A DNA stretch of 64,000 nucleotides, from contig NC_043004.1 in the NCBI RefSeq assembly GCF_006345805.1, positions 80,290,001-80,354,000 on the forward strand, written 5' to 3'. Each line of letters starts with the position of its first letter. The stretch's first letter is position 1. The notes beneath the pieces are model-generated. The model was given only the letters and a program-made list of their open reading frames with translations, searched no databases and had not been told where the DNA came from. Origin of the DNA: Octopus sinensis. Its lineage: Eukaryota. The translations under genes were made by a program, and so were the position numbers. Positions 1-12,543 of the stretch are shown piece by piece.

Positions 1-565
1 TATCATAATAAAATTTTATTTGTGGCTCGGCAGTTGCTAGTAATATCTATTTCGAAATCGTCCTTTAGTTGATTTCATCATATTCACAAATGTCTCCGTT
101 GCTTTCGTAATTGTCTGTGCATATATATCTAACACTAGTTCACTAACTTTAATAAGTACTTAGCTAGCCGTAGTATCCATGTCTACTAATAACAAAGATG
201 GTTTTCCTGCCGGACATTAAATGATCGGTGTCAAATATCATCTGATAATAACAAAGAAATGTGTCTTTGCTGTTTGGTTGTAGACTTTGTTTAATTGAGA
301 ATAGCAACGGAATCGATGATTGCTACCAAACTTCCAGACAGGCGTCTAATTTGTTGAGTTTCGCTTAGAAATTGCTCAGTATGGATTGGTCTGTCATTAA
401 ATTTACTCGTGGGAATAGAACAGCTTTTAGAAATTGATTCAAGTCAAATATCGAGACATTTAAAACAAACAAACAAAAATTCTTAAAACAAGAAATGATT
501 CTCAATTTTAAAAGGAAAAATCTAAAATCTAAAAATAACAGATTTACTTCACTTACACAGAAGTT

Positions 566-690
566 TGCTGGTTGGTTGCTTTGTTTGTTGGTCGGTTGGT
601 CGGCTGGTTGGTCGGTTGGTCGGTCGGTCGGTGGTGCGTTGGTTGCCTGTCTGCATGGCCCGTTGGCCGGCTGGCTGGCTGGCTGGTTGG
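566..690. repeat. Degenerate GGTT/GGTC/GGCT tetranucleotide microsatellite
   Basis: Runs of ggtt, ggtc and ggct units; accounts for the ORFs at 495-737. Confidence 0.85.
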
Positions 691-1362
691 TGTCGTCTAC
701 AGGTGGATGGTAGTTTGAGTTTTAAACAAGAAATCATTTAAACATTTACAGTCACGCCTTATCGATTTTGCAGACACGAAAAAAGATAGAAAGAGTCTGA
801 TAGAAGAGAGAAACGTGTTTAGACAGATGAAAATAATATGTGTATATAATAAAATAAAATGAAACATGAGAGAGATGCCGAGAAAGAAAGAAGCAACCGG
901 ATGACTTGGAAGAAAAATAAATATTTAGATACAAAACTATAAAACTGATCAAGAGTTAGACATAAAGGAAGAGGAGGGCCAAAACAGAAGATGGGGAAGT
1001 GATGTAAAAGGAGAGAAAACAGTGTCTTTCAGAGAAATTGTTTGATTAGAGAATGTTTTAGTGTAAACAATTAAAAGGTTGTTATACATCGAATGTCGGT
1101 AAATTTCTTTGACATCGTTTTAAATTAAAGTTATTAATCCTTTAGATGTGTGCTAGAAGTGATCTGCTGGAATTGTTTGAAGTCCAAAGAAAAAGACAAC
1201 AGTTATTGATGTGTCTTGGGGAAAAAATCATTTTATCTTCGCGAGACATATGCGAACAAAGACTGCAACACGTATTTCACAGACTGTCATATGAGTTGAT
1301 ACATGAGAGCAACGAGCTGGAAGAATCGCTAGCCAGTCGGACACAATGCTTAGCAGTATTAA

Positions 1363-1591
1363 GGCGGCGAGCTGGCAGAAATGTTAGCACGCCGGGCGAA
1401 ATGCGTAGCCGTATTTCGTCTGCCGTTACGTTCTGAGTTCAAATTCCGCCGAGGTCGACTTTGCCTTTCATCCTTTCGGGGTCGATAAATTAAGTACCAG
1501 TTACGCACTAGGGTCGATGTAATCGACTTAATCCGTTTGTCTTTCCTTGTTTGTCCCCTCTGTGTTTAGCCCCTTGTGGGTAGTAAAGAAA
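1363..1591 (+). mobile_element. tRNA-derived SINE, family A, full copy
   Basis: Head ggcggcgagctggcagaa, B-box-like gttctgagttcaaattcc, core gcctttcatcctttcggggtcgataaa, tail gccccttgtgggtagtaaagaaa; more than 20 related copies in the window. Confidence 0.85.
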
Positions 1592-2052
1592 TTAATGCTT
1601 AGCAGTATTTTGCCCGTCTCTGAGTTCTTAGTTCAAGTTTTGCCGAAGTCGACTTTGTCTTTCACCTTTTCGGGTTCGATAAAATAAGTACCAGTTACAC
1701 ATTGGAGTCGATATAATCGACTAAATACCTTCCCCAAAATTTCAGGCCTTGTGGCTATAGTAGAAAGGATTTTAGCCGATGCATATTATGATACTAAAAT
1801 CACTTTCAGGGGCTTCATCAGAGAAAGAAGGGTTGCGTCTCTTACTTTAAAAGGGCAGCGAACTGGCAAAGTCGTTAGAGCATTAGACCATGCTTTGCAG
1901 TATTTGTTCCAACTCTCTGCACTTTGAGATCAAATCCCACCAAAGTCAATTATGCTTTCCAACCTTTCGGGGTTGATAAAACAGTACCTACTGAGGCGGC
2001 AGATAAATGAGACTCTAAGAACGTCGTACCAGATACCTTGTGGGGTAAAATA

Positions 2053-2412
2053 TCATTCTAGAAGCCTGTAGGACGTCCGTGTCCAGGAGTTATAAATTGG
2101 AATGTGTTTAGCACCCACTTCGTAGATCATTCTAGAAGCCTGTAGGACGTCCGTGTCCAGGGGTTATAAATTGGAATGTGTTTAGCACCCACTTCGTAGA
2201 TCATTCTAGAAGCCTGTAGGACGTCCGTGTCCAGGGGTTATAAATTGGAATGTGTTTAGCACCCACTTCGTAGATCATTCTAGAAGCCTGTAGGACGTCC
2301 GTGTCCAGGGGTTATAAATTGGAATGTGTTTAGCATCCACTTCGTAGATCATTCTAGAAGCCTGTAGGACGTCCCTGTCCAGGGGTTATAAATGTTTTTA
2401 GCGCCCACTTCA
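2053..2412. repeat. 74-bp tandem minisatellite, ~4.8 copies
   Basis: Unit tcattctagaagcctgtaggacg...cacttcgtaga starts at 2053, 2127, 2201, 2275 and 2349. Confidence 0.95.
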
Positions 2413-3239
2413 CAGAGTGTCGAAAACGATCGGACGAAATGCGCTTCCACTCTCGCCAGGCTGTGTTGTGCAGAGACCGGCCAATTCATTTCACACGTCT
2501 CACCTCTTACTTCAGTGTGTGGTGGCCCGCAGCTAAGCTAACTACATCCTCATTTTGCTCTTTTTGAATTGCCGTTTTTACGGTTCTTGCTCAACCTGGA
2601 TAAACCGCTAGAGTTCACCGACGTGAATCCAGTATGTGTATTTTCTCGTCTTGGCAGCTTAATTACAGAGCCTTTTTAATCAACTTTTCGTAAGAGAGCC
2701 TACGTAATATTCTTCCCAGCGTGTGAACTTTGTTATCGCAATTTCTAATCCATAACCAACTTGAAAATGATTTGTGCAGTGAAATAAAAGTTGCTATTAA
2801 TTGTTTGCGAGATGTTAATCATTTACTCGCAATCACACGCAAACATTTTTGCGACAGAAGTTTCACAACAACAAATTCACACTGTGCACCGATTTAAACC
2901 ATGATAGGAACCGATAAGAGAAACTGTAAAATGTTAGCTAGAGGAAGATCCTATTACCATTCGCTTAACTTTACGAGTACCACTTCAATGGTTTGGTAAA
3001 ATACGGGAAATTTTTCTGTTGCACCCTGTACATTTCTAACAAACAAGTTTATCGTGGAACGATAAGGAATAACTGGTATCGCTGTAAATAGCAGACATAG
3101 TGCCTATAGGCGATTAATTATTTTCACATCATTTTTTTTTAAAGCAAGAACCTAAAGACAAGGAAAGAAATGTTTTGTTTTGTTTTGTTTTCCGCCTTCT
3201 TCCGGACGGACAGTTTGAATTTATAACACATTCAGCGAC

Positions 3240-3650
3240 ATTTACATGCAGGTGTGACTGTGTGATAAGAAATCTGCTTCCCAGCCACTTGGTTCCGACT
3301 TCAATCTCTTGGACAAGTGACGTCTACTACAACCTCGGGCCAACCATAGTTTTCTGAGTGGATTTGCTATAAGAAACTGGAAAATGCTCGTCCTGTGAGT
3401 GTGTGAGTGTGTGTGTGTGTGTATGTGTTTATGCGAGCATGTGAGTGTGTTTTAGTGTCTGTGCGTCTGTGATCGTCCCCTGCCACCACTTGAGAATTGG
3501 AGTCGGCGTGTTTACGTCCCCGTGATGACCTAGTGGGTCGGCATAAGAGACCGATAAAAAAAAAGGACCAGGTTATATGAAAACAAAAAATAACAATAAG
3601 CACGACTGAAATACTTCAAGATTGTACTCCAGCATGGCCGCAATTAAAAA
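3240..3650 (+). mobile_element. tRNA-derived CORE-like SINE, family B, diverged copy
   Basis: Similar to the well-preserved copy at 48604-49005, with an internal (GT)n tract and a ccagcatggccgca tail. Confidence 0.7.
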
Positions 3651-4131
3651 TGTTTGCGTGTACATTTGAACAGTTAACAGATACCACCAACCAGAGTATT
3701 CGTTGAATTTACCAGGCATTAATATTTAAAATATGTTATCTTCGTTTCTCAGTTTCTTATCGTATCGAATTGAATCTTGTTGACACACGTTTCTTTCTTT
3801 TATTTGACTCATTAGGTTTTTTTTTCTTATTATTTTTTTCTTTTTCTTTTTCAAATACATTTCACAATAAACAAAGTATTTATTTTCGTTTCAAATATTT
3901 CTCCACGCTAGAAGCTCAGAGATTAAAAGTTTCAGAATTCCAATCGTAGAAACAAAATTCTGAGAGTCTTTAATCGGTATATCTTTTACTTGAACAAACT
4001 GACACCAAGACTGATCTCTTAAGCCTAGTACTTATTCTTTCGGTCTATTTTGCCGAACCCCTAAATTACAGGGACGTAAACACACTAACACCGCTTGTCA
4101 TGCGGTGATGGAAGACAAACATACACACTAG

Positions 4132-4171
<40 letters not shown>

Positions 4172-4237
4172 CGATGGGCTTCTTTCAGTTTCCGTCTACC
4201 AAATCAACGCACAAGTCTTTGGTCGGCCCGAGGCTTG

Positions 4238-6012
4238 CGTCATACAGTTGTTAATGTTGATTTCAGTTGGGGAACGCCCTTCCAATTGCTATAGATTCGT
4301 AATGCATCTTACGGCTGTGCCTGTCACCTGGATGGTAAGGAATCCTACACTGGGAGTGGTAACGACTAGGGTAGGGTAACTGACTGCTTATTGTAATCAT
4401 TCGTCTTTTGGTTTCCTGTAGCTTTGCTCTCTTTTACAAACCCAGTAAACATACATTTCCTATTTCAAAGAAATTCAAACAATAGATATATGACCCAAGT
4501 TAAAAAGATTTTCACCAGTTCAACTTCTCTGGTTGGCATTAAGATGCCCACCCCCAACAGGGGCCTTAAATCTTACATTTCAGAGTTCCATAACCTTCAT
4601 TTTTTAGGAGCAAAATCTTTTTAACAGGTTCAATAAGACTGGAATTTTGGAATATGCGCATAAAAATCAGTAGTATGGGATACCTTAAATCTTACATTTC
4701 AGAGTTCCATAACCTTCATCTTTTAGGAGCAAAATCTTTTTAACAGGTTCAATAAGACTGGAATTTGGAATATGCGCATAAAAATCAGTATAGTATGGGA
4801 TACTTAAATCTTACATTTCAGAGTTCCATAACTTCTTTTTTAGGAGCAAAATCTTTTTAACAGGTTCATAAGACTGGAATTTTGGAATATGCGCATAAAA
4901 ATCAGTAGTTAGTATGGATACCTTAAAGCTTACATTTCAGAGTTCCATAACCTTCATTTTTTAGGAGCAAAATCTTTTTAACAGTTCAATAAGACTGGAA
5001 TTTGGAATATGCGCATAAAAATCAGTAGTATGGGATACCTTAAATCTTACATTTCAGAGTTCCATAACCTTCATCTTTTAGGAGCAAAATCTCTTTTTAA
5101 CAGGTTCAATAAGACTGGAATTTTGGAATATGCGCATAAAAATCAGTAGTATGGGATACCTTAAATCTTACATTTCAGAGTTCCATAACCTTCATCTTTT
5201 AGGAGCAAAATCTTTTTAACAGGTTCAATAAGACTGGAATTTTGGAATATGCGCATAAAAATCAGTAGTATGGGATACCTTAAATCTTACATTTCAGAGT
5301 TCCATAACCTTCATTTTTTAGGAGCAAAATCTTTTTAACAGGTTCAATAAGACTGGAATTTTGGAATATGCGCATAAAAATCAGTAGTATGGGATACCTT
5401 AAATCTTACATTTCAGAGTTCCATAACCTTCATTTTTTAGGAGCAAAATCTTTTTAACAGGTTCAATAAGACTGGAATTTTGGAATATGCGCATAAAAAT
5501 CAGTAGTATGGGATACCTTAAAGCTTACATTTCAGAGTTCCATAACCTTCATTTTTTAGAGCAAAATCTTTTTAACAGGTTCAATAAGACTGGAATTTTG
5601 AATATGCGCATAAAAATCAGTAGTATGGGATACCTTAAAATTACATTTCAGAGTTCCATAACCTTCATCTTTTAGGAGCAAAATCTTTTTAACAGGTTCA
5701 ATAAGACTGGAATTTTGGAATATGCGCATAAAAATCAGTAGTATGGGATACCTTAAATCTTACATTTCAGAGTTCCATAACCTTCATTTTTTAGGAGCAA
5801 AATCTTTTTAACAGGTTCAATAAGACTGGAATTTTGGAATATGCGCATAAAGATCAGTAGTATGGGATACATGTGGCATAATTACAAGTTTTTAGGGTGT
5901 GTAAATTTCGATGAAATTCGAAACATAGATATTCCAGTTCATTACAGAAAATAACAGAAAAGTCTAATTCTTCAATTGAATGTAACCGGGCAACGCCGGG
6001 TATCTCTGCTAG
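4238..6012 (+). mobile_element. Non-autonomous Helitron-like element with internal 119-bp array
   Basis: 3' end ccgggcaacgccgggtatctctgCTAG (hairpin plus CTAG) followed by T; both flanks of the array are homologous to 41451-42075. Confidence 0.8.
4561..5870. repeat. ~119-bp tandem array, ~11 copies
   Basis: Unit aaatcttacatttcagagttccataacc...agtagtatgggatacctt recurs at 4568, 4687 ... 5282, 5401, 5520. Confidence 0.97.
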
Positions 6013-6290
6013 TATATATATATATATATAATATATATATATTATTATAATATATATCTATATATATATATATATATTATGTGAAATAGAAAGATGAATA
6101 ATCTTGTAGTAGATTAATCAAAAGTTAACCGATCCTTAGTAGCAAAAATCACAGCAGTAAACAGCACGGTTGGAGGTACAACCATCTGGCGTTGCAACCG
6201 TGCGTTGGTGCGGATAATTGAAGTTAAAACATATTGGTGAATTGAAGAAATGGAGCTGAACGCAGATTGAACAGAAATCGTTTTATTTCA

Positions 6291-6369
6291 TTCTACACGT
6301 GTTTCGAAAGGCACAAATTACCAAAATCCGATTGATAATGGGACCATATTGTGTCTTTCTCTTCAGGAA
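6291..6369 (-). ncRNA. Minimal type-I hammerhead ribozyme (left palindrome arm)
   Basis: Minus strand: UUC-CUGAAGA-GAAAG(A)CACAA...UUGUG(C)CUUUC-GAAAC-ACGU-GUA/GAA; canonical core, ~10-bp helix II, palindromic helix III ACACGUGU. Confidence 0.85.
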
Positions 6370-6530
6370 GAAAAAAGGAAATCCGCTGGAAAAACAAAAA
6401 CAGAACAGAGGCTGAGCAAAAACAAATCGAACTATGCTCCTAAGAGCCATGGGCTCTTAGGAGCATAGTTCGATTTGCTTTTGCTCAGCCTCTGTTCTGT
6501 TTTTGTTTTTCCAGCGGATTTCCTTTTTTC

Positions 6531-6609
6531 TTCCTGAGAGAAAGGACACAATATGGTCCCATTATTCAATCGGATTTTGGTAATTTGTGCCTTCGAAACA
6601 CGTGTAGAA
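6531..6609 (+). ncRNA. Hammerhead ribozyme (right palindrome arm, core one nt short)
   Basis: ttc-CTGAGA-gaaagg...ccttc-GAAAC-acgt-GTA-gaa; mirror of 6291-6369 with single-base indels. Confidence 0.65.
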
Positions 6610-6661
6610 TGAAATAAAACGATTCTGTTCAATCTGCGTTCAGCTCCATTTCTTCAATTCA

Positions 6662-6712
<51 letters not shown>

Positions 6713-6805
6713 ATCCAAACAAGAAAACACAGAAAAAAACACAGCAACGCGAGGACGTGGAACAATTAAAGTATTATTTGACGCTCAGGAAAGAAGGGAA
6801 GGAGG

Positions 6806-6840
6806 GTTTAACGTTTCGAGCGGAGCTCTTCGTCGGAAAC
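6806..6840 (-). ncRNA. Minimal hammerhead-like motif, U4C core variant, GUU site
   Basis: Minus strand: GUUU-CCGACGA-A-GAGC UCC GCUC-GAAAC-GUU/AAAC, inside a ~200-bp element flanked by (TA)n. Confidence 0.6.
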
Positions 6841-6940
6841 AAGAAGGAAAGATCCCGAGAAGGGAAAACAGAGGAAAAAAATATTTTTGCTGGTGGTGCT
6901 CAAGAGATCACATGTTGAAATATATATATATATATATATA

Positions 6941-7627
6941 CTAGCAGTAATACCCGTCGTTCATTGGATAATTACTTTTACTCTTTCTCAGGAGTCACAT
7001 TCAAAGTATTATTATATATATAATAGATTTCTCAACGGGGATTTCAGGGGAGAGTTTCAGGGGAGAGTTTCAGGGAGTCACTGGCGATGTATCGTGATGA
7101 TCAAAAATCCGGCCTGCTAAAATTTGGTTAGAGTGATTCAAACTGCAGACTCAACGCAAAATGGTAACATTTAATTCAAAGCGTTAAAAATGTTATGAAA
7201 ACAATTGGTATGTGTTCACAAAGTCCAAACGATTAATACGAAAACACCCTCCAGGCTACATCCTGAAAATTCATTTCTTTGCCGATTTTCTACAATGTTT
7301 ACGGCGATTCGCTTTCATATCTTGATTTTTTATTTTTCATGCAATTTTCGCATGCTTGCACGGGTGGTGAACACAGTTAACGTCAACTAGCTGACTGAGT
7401 AAAGTTCACTATTCAATGCTTGGGATAAGGCCTAAACAAACACATTATCGATTTTTGCACTTGCGAGATGAATTTCGGAACAGAAATAGCGCAGCTCAAT
7501 TTTAATTCGCCTAAACTTTAAGTGACTCATTTTTGGTGGTTCTACGATTTGTTGGCTAGGAGGAGATGTGCCAGGAAGTTAAACACACAGACACACACAG
7601 AGATTCACACACATACACACAAGTTGA

Positions 7628-7630
<3 letters not shown>
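6941..7630 (-). mobile_element. Non-autonomous Helitron-like element
   Basis: Minus-strand 3' end gaacgacgggtattactgCTAG at 6941; putative 5' end resembles that of 18722; internal 12-bp gggagagtttca repeats. Confidence 0.5.
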
Positions 7631-7865
<235 letters not shown>

Positions 7866-8156
7866 ATTAATTTTACAAGATTTCTAACGTGAAATCGTGT
7901 GTTGAAACAGTTATTGCTGTATTTTGGATTGGTCAATTTTTTGCCAAATAAACACACGCACAATATATTTTTCTTCACTCGTTTATTACTGTTCTTATTT
8001 TATTATGTTACCTCATGTCCATTGTCCTGAAATCTTTCATCACACATCTGTGACCTCTTCAGCGACACTTTTCGTTTTCGTGTGTGTTCTTACCCCACTT
8101 ACTCCATTCTGTTCTTCTAAAATGTGTTCATTTGGCAAAAAAAGAAAAAAGAATTA

Positions 8157-8335
8157 CCATCCCGAAATACAACAATATATATATATATACGACGGGCTTC
8201 TTTCAGTTTCCGTCTACCAAATCAGTACACAAGGTCCGAGGCTATAGAAGACATTTGCCCAAAGTGCCACGCAAGAGGACTGAACCCGGAACCATGTGGT
8301 TTGGAGCAAGCTTCTTACCACACAGCCACGCCTAC
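8157..8335 (-). mobile_element. SINE family B, 5' part
   Basis: Reverse complement of the head gtggctgtgtggtaagaagcttgc...gaaactgaaagaagcccgtcg. Confidence 0.8.
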
Positions 8336-8704
8336 TTTCCAACAGACAGGAATGTCGCAACAACCGAATGATATTTGTTGAATAATCCAAAAATCGTTAT
8401 TTCTATCGTTTCGATCAGGTTTAAATTTACGGAAATGAAAGATAACAAAAATATGCCAAAGACGGTCTCATGTCTCTTAATGGGGTGTCGAATCCTAATC
8501 GAACGCTTGGCCTATGTGCCGTGTGTTGTAGGCAAGTGAATCTGAAATAGCTTATGAATCATACTCTATCATTGATTACTTCACCAGGGGTTACAAACTG
8601 GGAAAGAATTGGGAGAGTTCAACCATAAATCGAACACGCATTGCAGTTGCAACTTGTTAAAAGTTTATCAAGAGTGTACGGAAATCACGGTTAATGTTCT
8701 TTTC

Positions 8705-9250
8705 TACTCTAGGCACAAGATCCGAAATTTTGGGGAGGAGGGGGCCAGTCGATTAGATCGAACCCAATACACAACCGGTACTTAATTTATCGACCGCGAA
8801 AGGATGAAAGGCAAAGTCGACCTCGGCGGAATTTGAACTCAGAATGTAAAGACAGATGAGTCACGGTTAATATTAATTAAATTAAGACAGCAAGCTGGCA
8901 GAATCGTTGGCACGCCGAGAAAGACGCTTAGCGGTATTTCGTTCGTCTGCGGCGAGCTGGCAGAAACGTTAGCACGCCGGGCGAAATGCGTAGCCGTATT
9001 TCGTCTGTCATTACGTTCTGAGTTCAAATTCCGTCGAGGTCGACTTTGCCTTTCATCCTTTCGGGGTCGATAAATTAAGTACCAGTTACGCACTGGGGTC
9101 GATGTAATCGACTCAATACCTATGTCTGTCCTTGTTTGTCCAATCTCTGTCTTTAGCCCCTTGTGGGTAATAAAAATAAAAAAAAAATAGGTATTTCGTT
9201 CGTCTTCACGTTCTGAGTTCAAATTCCGCCGAGGTCAACTTCATATTTCA
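8705..9250. mobile_element. Cluster of SINE family A copies in both orientations
   Basis: Minus-strand partial copies at ~8705-8950, full plus copy at ~8948-9190, then a head-less continuation. Confidence 0.8.
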
Positions 9251-9389
9251 CCCTTTCCGAGTGGATTAGATAGCTCCCAGTCGCGCAGTGGGGGGGATTG
9301 ATGTAATCGACTTGCCTCCTCCCTCGAAATTACTAGCAATGTGCTAAAACTTCAATTCAACATGATCGACCAGACAATGGAATGTTGTT

Positions 9390-9580
9390 ATACAGCTTTC
9401 GAATGACGCCACTCCGCTGGCAAGGCGAGCAAGCCAACATTCCCCATGATCGGAATGTTATTCGGTTGCAGGGTGGACCCATTTACAGCTGAGTGGACTG
9501 AGGGAACGTGAAATGAAGACACAACTTGCGATTCGGGCCAGAAATCGAACTAGATCGTGAGTGCAACACCCTCACCGCTA
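9390..9580 (-). mobile_element. tRNA-derived SINE, family C
   Basis: cagctgagtggactg motif shared with 22225-22366, 28820-29200 and 59040-59310. Confidence 0.6.
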
Positions 9581-9757
9581 GGTCTTACAAACACACACAC
9601 ACACACACACGTATATGTGTATGTGTGCATATATATGTATATGCATATATATATGGATATGTATATGTGTGTGTGTGTGTGTGTTTGTATGCATATACAT
9701 ATATGTATATATATGCATATATATATACACAAACACACACATATACATATATATGTA

Positions 9758-9798
<41 letters not shown>

Positions 9799-9812
9799 AG
9801 AGAGAGAGAGAA

Positions 9813-9891
<79 letters not shown>

Positions 9892-10547
9892 CACAGATAG
9901 ATATAGATATATATATATCGTTGCTATTATTATTTTTTTTATTATTTCAAAAATATTTTTTTTACTACCCACAAGGGGCTAAACACAGAGGGGACAAACA
10001 AGGACAGACAAACGGATTAAGTGGATTATATCGACCCCTGTGCATGACTGGTACTTATTTCATCGACCCCGAAAGGATGAAAGGCAAAGTCGACAAACTG
10101 TCGTATGTACAAATTTAGCCAAATGCGTTTTTTGGGGGTTTTTTTCAACATTTATTTTTGCTTGCAATAGCCGGTCTTTTCGTGCAACTATTCTATCTCC
10201 AGCCGCTTCAGATGCTAAGATATCAAAATTTGTCGAAGTGTAGTACAACGGTTTTGTAGTACAATGGTGAAATTGTTTTTTTCGTTTTCTGAAAACGTAA
10301 TGTCTTGAACTTACGACACTTTTGCATAATAGCAACTACACATAGATATGTATATGTATGTTTGTGTGCGTATATATGCATGCAGACACATACATATGTA
10401 TGATTTTGGAGAGAGATATTAAATCTTGGATTTCTGGTAGAATGCTGTAGAAAACGGTTATCTTCGTGTCTTTTCAAATGGCATTAAAGAATGTGACAGG
10501 AATGTCAACCATCAAACTCGATTCTCTGATAACTTCTTAACGTTCAG

Positions 10548-10570
10548 AAGTGTGTGTGTGTGTGAGTGTG

Positions 10571-10604
<34 letters not shown>

Positions 10605-10758
10605 TGTGCGTGTGTGAATATGTGAGTGTGCGTGTATGTGCGTGTGTGTGTGTGAGTGTGCGTGTGTGTGTGTGTGAATGTGCGCGTGTGTGAGTATGTG
10701 CGTGTGTGTGTGTGTGGTGTGTGTGTGTGTGGTGTGTGTGAATGTGCGTGTGTGAGTA

Positions 10759-10803
<45 letters not shown>

Positions 10804-10829
10804 GTGTGTGTGTGAATGTGCGTGTGTGA

Positions 10830-10870
<41 letters not shown>
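10548..10870. repeat. Degenerate (GT)n microsatellite
   Basis: GT run with periodic ga/gc interruptions. Confidence 0.95.
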
Positions 10871-10872
<2 letters not shown>

Positions 10873-10918
10873 AGTATATCACAGTAAACACACATGCATT
10901 TATTATACAGCAGGAGAA

Positions 10919-11127
10919 AGGCGGCGAGCTGGCAGAATCGTTAGCACGCCGGGCGAAATGCTTTGCGGTCATTATGTTCTGTCTTTACATTCTGAGTTCA
11001 AATTCCACCAAGGTCGACTTTGCCTATCAACCTTTCGGGATCGATTAAATAAGTACCAGTTACGCACTTGGGTCGATATAATCGACTGGCCCACTCGCCC
11101 AAAATTTCGGGCCGTGTGCCTAGATTA
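10919..11127 (+). mobile_element. SINE family A (variant with aaatttcgggccgtgtgcc tail)
   Basis: Same head and core as 1363-1591. Confidence 0.8.
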
Positions 11128-11144
11128 GAAAAGATTATACAGCA

Positions 11145-11540
11145 AGATTGGCTGAGTGGTAAGAAGCTTGCTTCCCAACCACATGGTTCCGGGTTCAGTC
11201 CCAATGCATGGCACGTTGGGCAAGTGTCTTCTACTATAGCCTCGGGTCGACCAAAACCTTGTAAGTGCATTTGGTTAACGGAAACTGAAAGAAGCCTGTC
11301 GCATATATATAAGTGTGGTGTGTGTGTGTGTGTGTGTGTGTGAATGTATGTATTTTTGTGTCTGTGTTTGTCGCCTCATCATTGCGTGACAACCGATGTT
11401 GGTGTGCTTACGTCTCCATAACTTAGCTGTTCGGCAAAAGACATCCACAAAATAAGTACTGGGACCGATTTCTTCAACTAAAGGAGATGATCCAGCATGG
11501 CCGCAGTCAAATAACTGAAACAAACAAAAGAATAAAAGAA
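11145..11540 (+). mobile_element. SINE family B, full copy
   Basis: tRNA-like head, ttgggcaagtgtctt CORE-like box, internal microsatellite, ccagcatggccgcagtc tail. Confidence 0.85.
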
Positions 11541-11549
11541 TATATAATA

Positions 11550-11596
<47 letters not shown>

Positions 11597-12508
11597 TGAA
11601 TAGGAATTTGAATCTGGTGACATTGTATGACCATCGTGGCTAAAGAGTGGTGGAGTCGAAGAATTGTGAGATTCTGTTGGACTTTCCTATTCAAACCGAC
11701 AAGAAGCTAGAAAATGATTGACCAGACATAACAACAATAGACATGGTAAAACGAAGTTACTAATCCCTCATGTCCAGGATCCTCAAAGAAGAAGACGGAA
11801 AAAAAAAAGAATTACGGAGATGTACTTGCATAGAGAGTGACTTGATCTGAGATCGTGTGCTGGAAAGAAAACAATTGCAGCGTGGAAGGTGTTTATAAGC
11901 CATTTAAGAAATACACAAAAACCGTTAGATTCACTTCAACATTTAAATTTAATTTGTCAAAATATTTTCGTCGCTTTGAGACCGCGACCTGTTCACTGAC
12001 AAAACTTCGTGCTGCATTGAAAAGTTTAATCCCTTAAAATTTGAAACTGAAAGAATTTGGACACACATATATATATATATATGTGTGTGTGCGTGTGTGT
12101 ATATATATATATATTTACAACACGCTTCTTTCAGTTTCCGTCTACCAAATCCACTCACAAGGCTTTGGTTGGCCCGAGGCTATAGCAGAAGATACCTGCC
12201 CAAGGTGCCACGCAGTGGCACTGAACCCGGAACCATGTGGTTGGTAAGCAAGCTACTTACCACACAGCCAATCCTGTAAAGTTTGTGCCTGTAATAATTA
12301 GTGCCTTGCGGACTGTTTGCAAAAATATAGAGAAATGGTTGAATGTGATTGGAATAGAATGTCCTGTAGAGCTTCTGAAGTAAGTTTGCCTCTTCGAGGC
12401 CAGGAAAGATCACCAGGAGAGTCTTAAGCATTTGAAAGACTATTGATTTACAGGTAGTAACACGTTACCCATATAAATTCTACCAGGAGAACGAACTTGA
12501 GTCAAATC
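11597..12508 (+). mobile_element. 5'-truncated, interrupted R4/Dong-type retrotransposon (endonuclease end)
   Basis: 11597-11810 reads RVVESKNCEILLDFPIQTDKKLEND*PDI; 12295-12450 reads IISALRTVCKNIEKWLNVIGIECPVELLK*VCLF...RRVLSI*; ends at (AAT)n; other repeats lie between the two parts. Confidence 0.7.

Positions 12509-12540
<32 letters not shown>

Positions 12541-12543
<3 letters not shown>

Larger units (their letters stand above)
6235..6664. repeat. Long near-perfect palindrome (~214-bp arms, 3-nt spacer)
   Basis: 6235-6448 is the reverse complement of 6452-6664; centre gagcc-atg-ggctc. Confidence 0.95.

Noticed and set aside
1363-1450. SINE heads as tRNA genes
   Set aside because: A/B-box-like motifs are present, but there is no full cloverleaf and each continues into SINE body sequence.
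2400-3030. Tc1/mariner element ending at caccctgta (3022-3030)
   Set aside because: Only one terminus is visible and the KW...GRP translation is too weak to call.
2053-5870. 74-bp and 119-bp arrays as CRISPR-like loci
   Set aside because: Whole units repeat with no unique spacers, there are no cas genes, and the context is eukaryotic.
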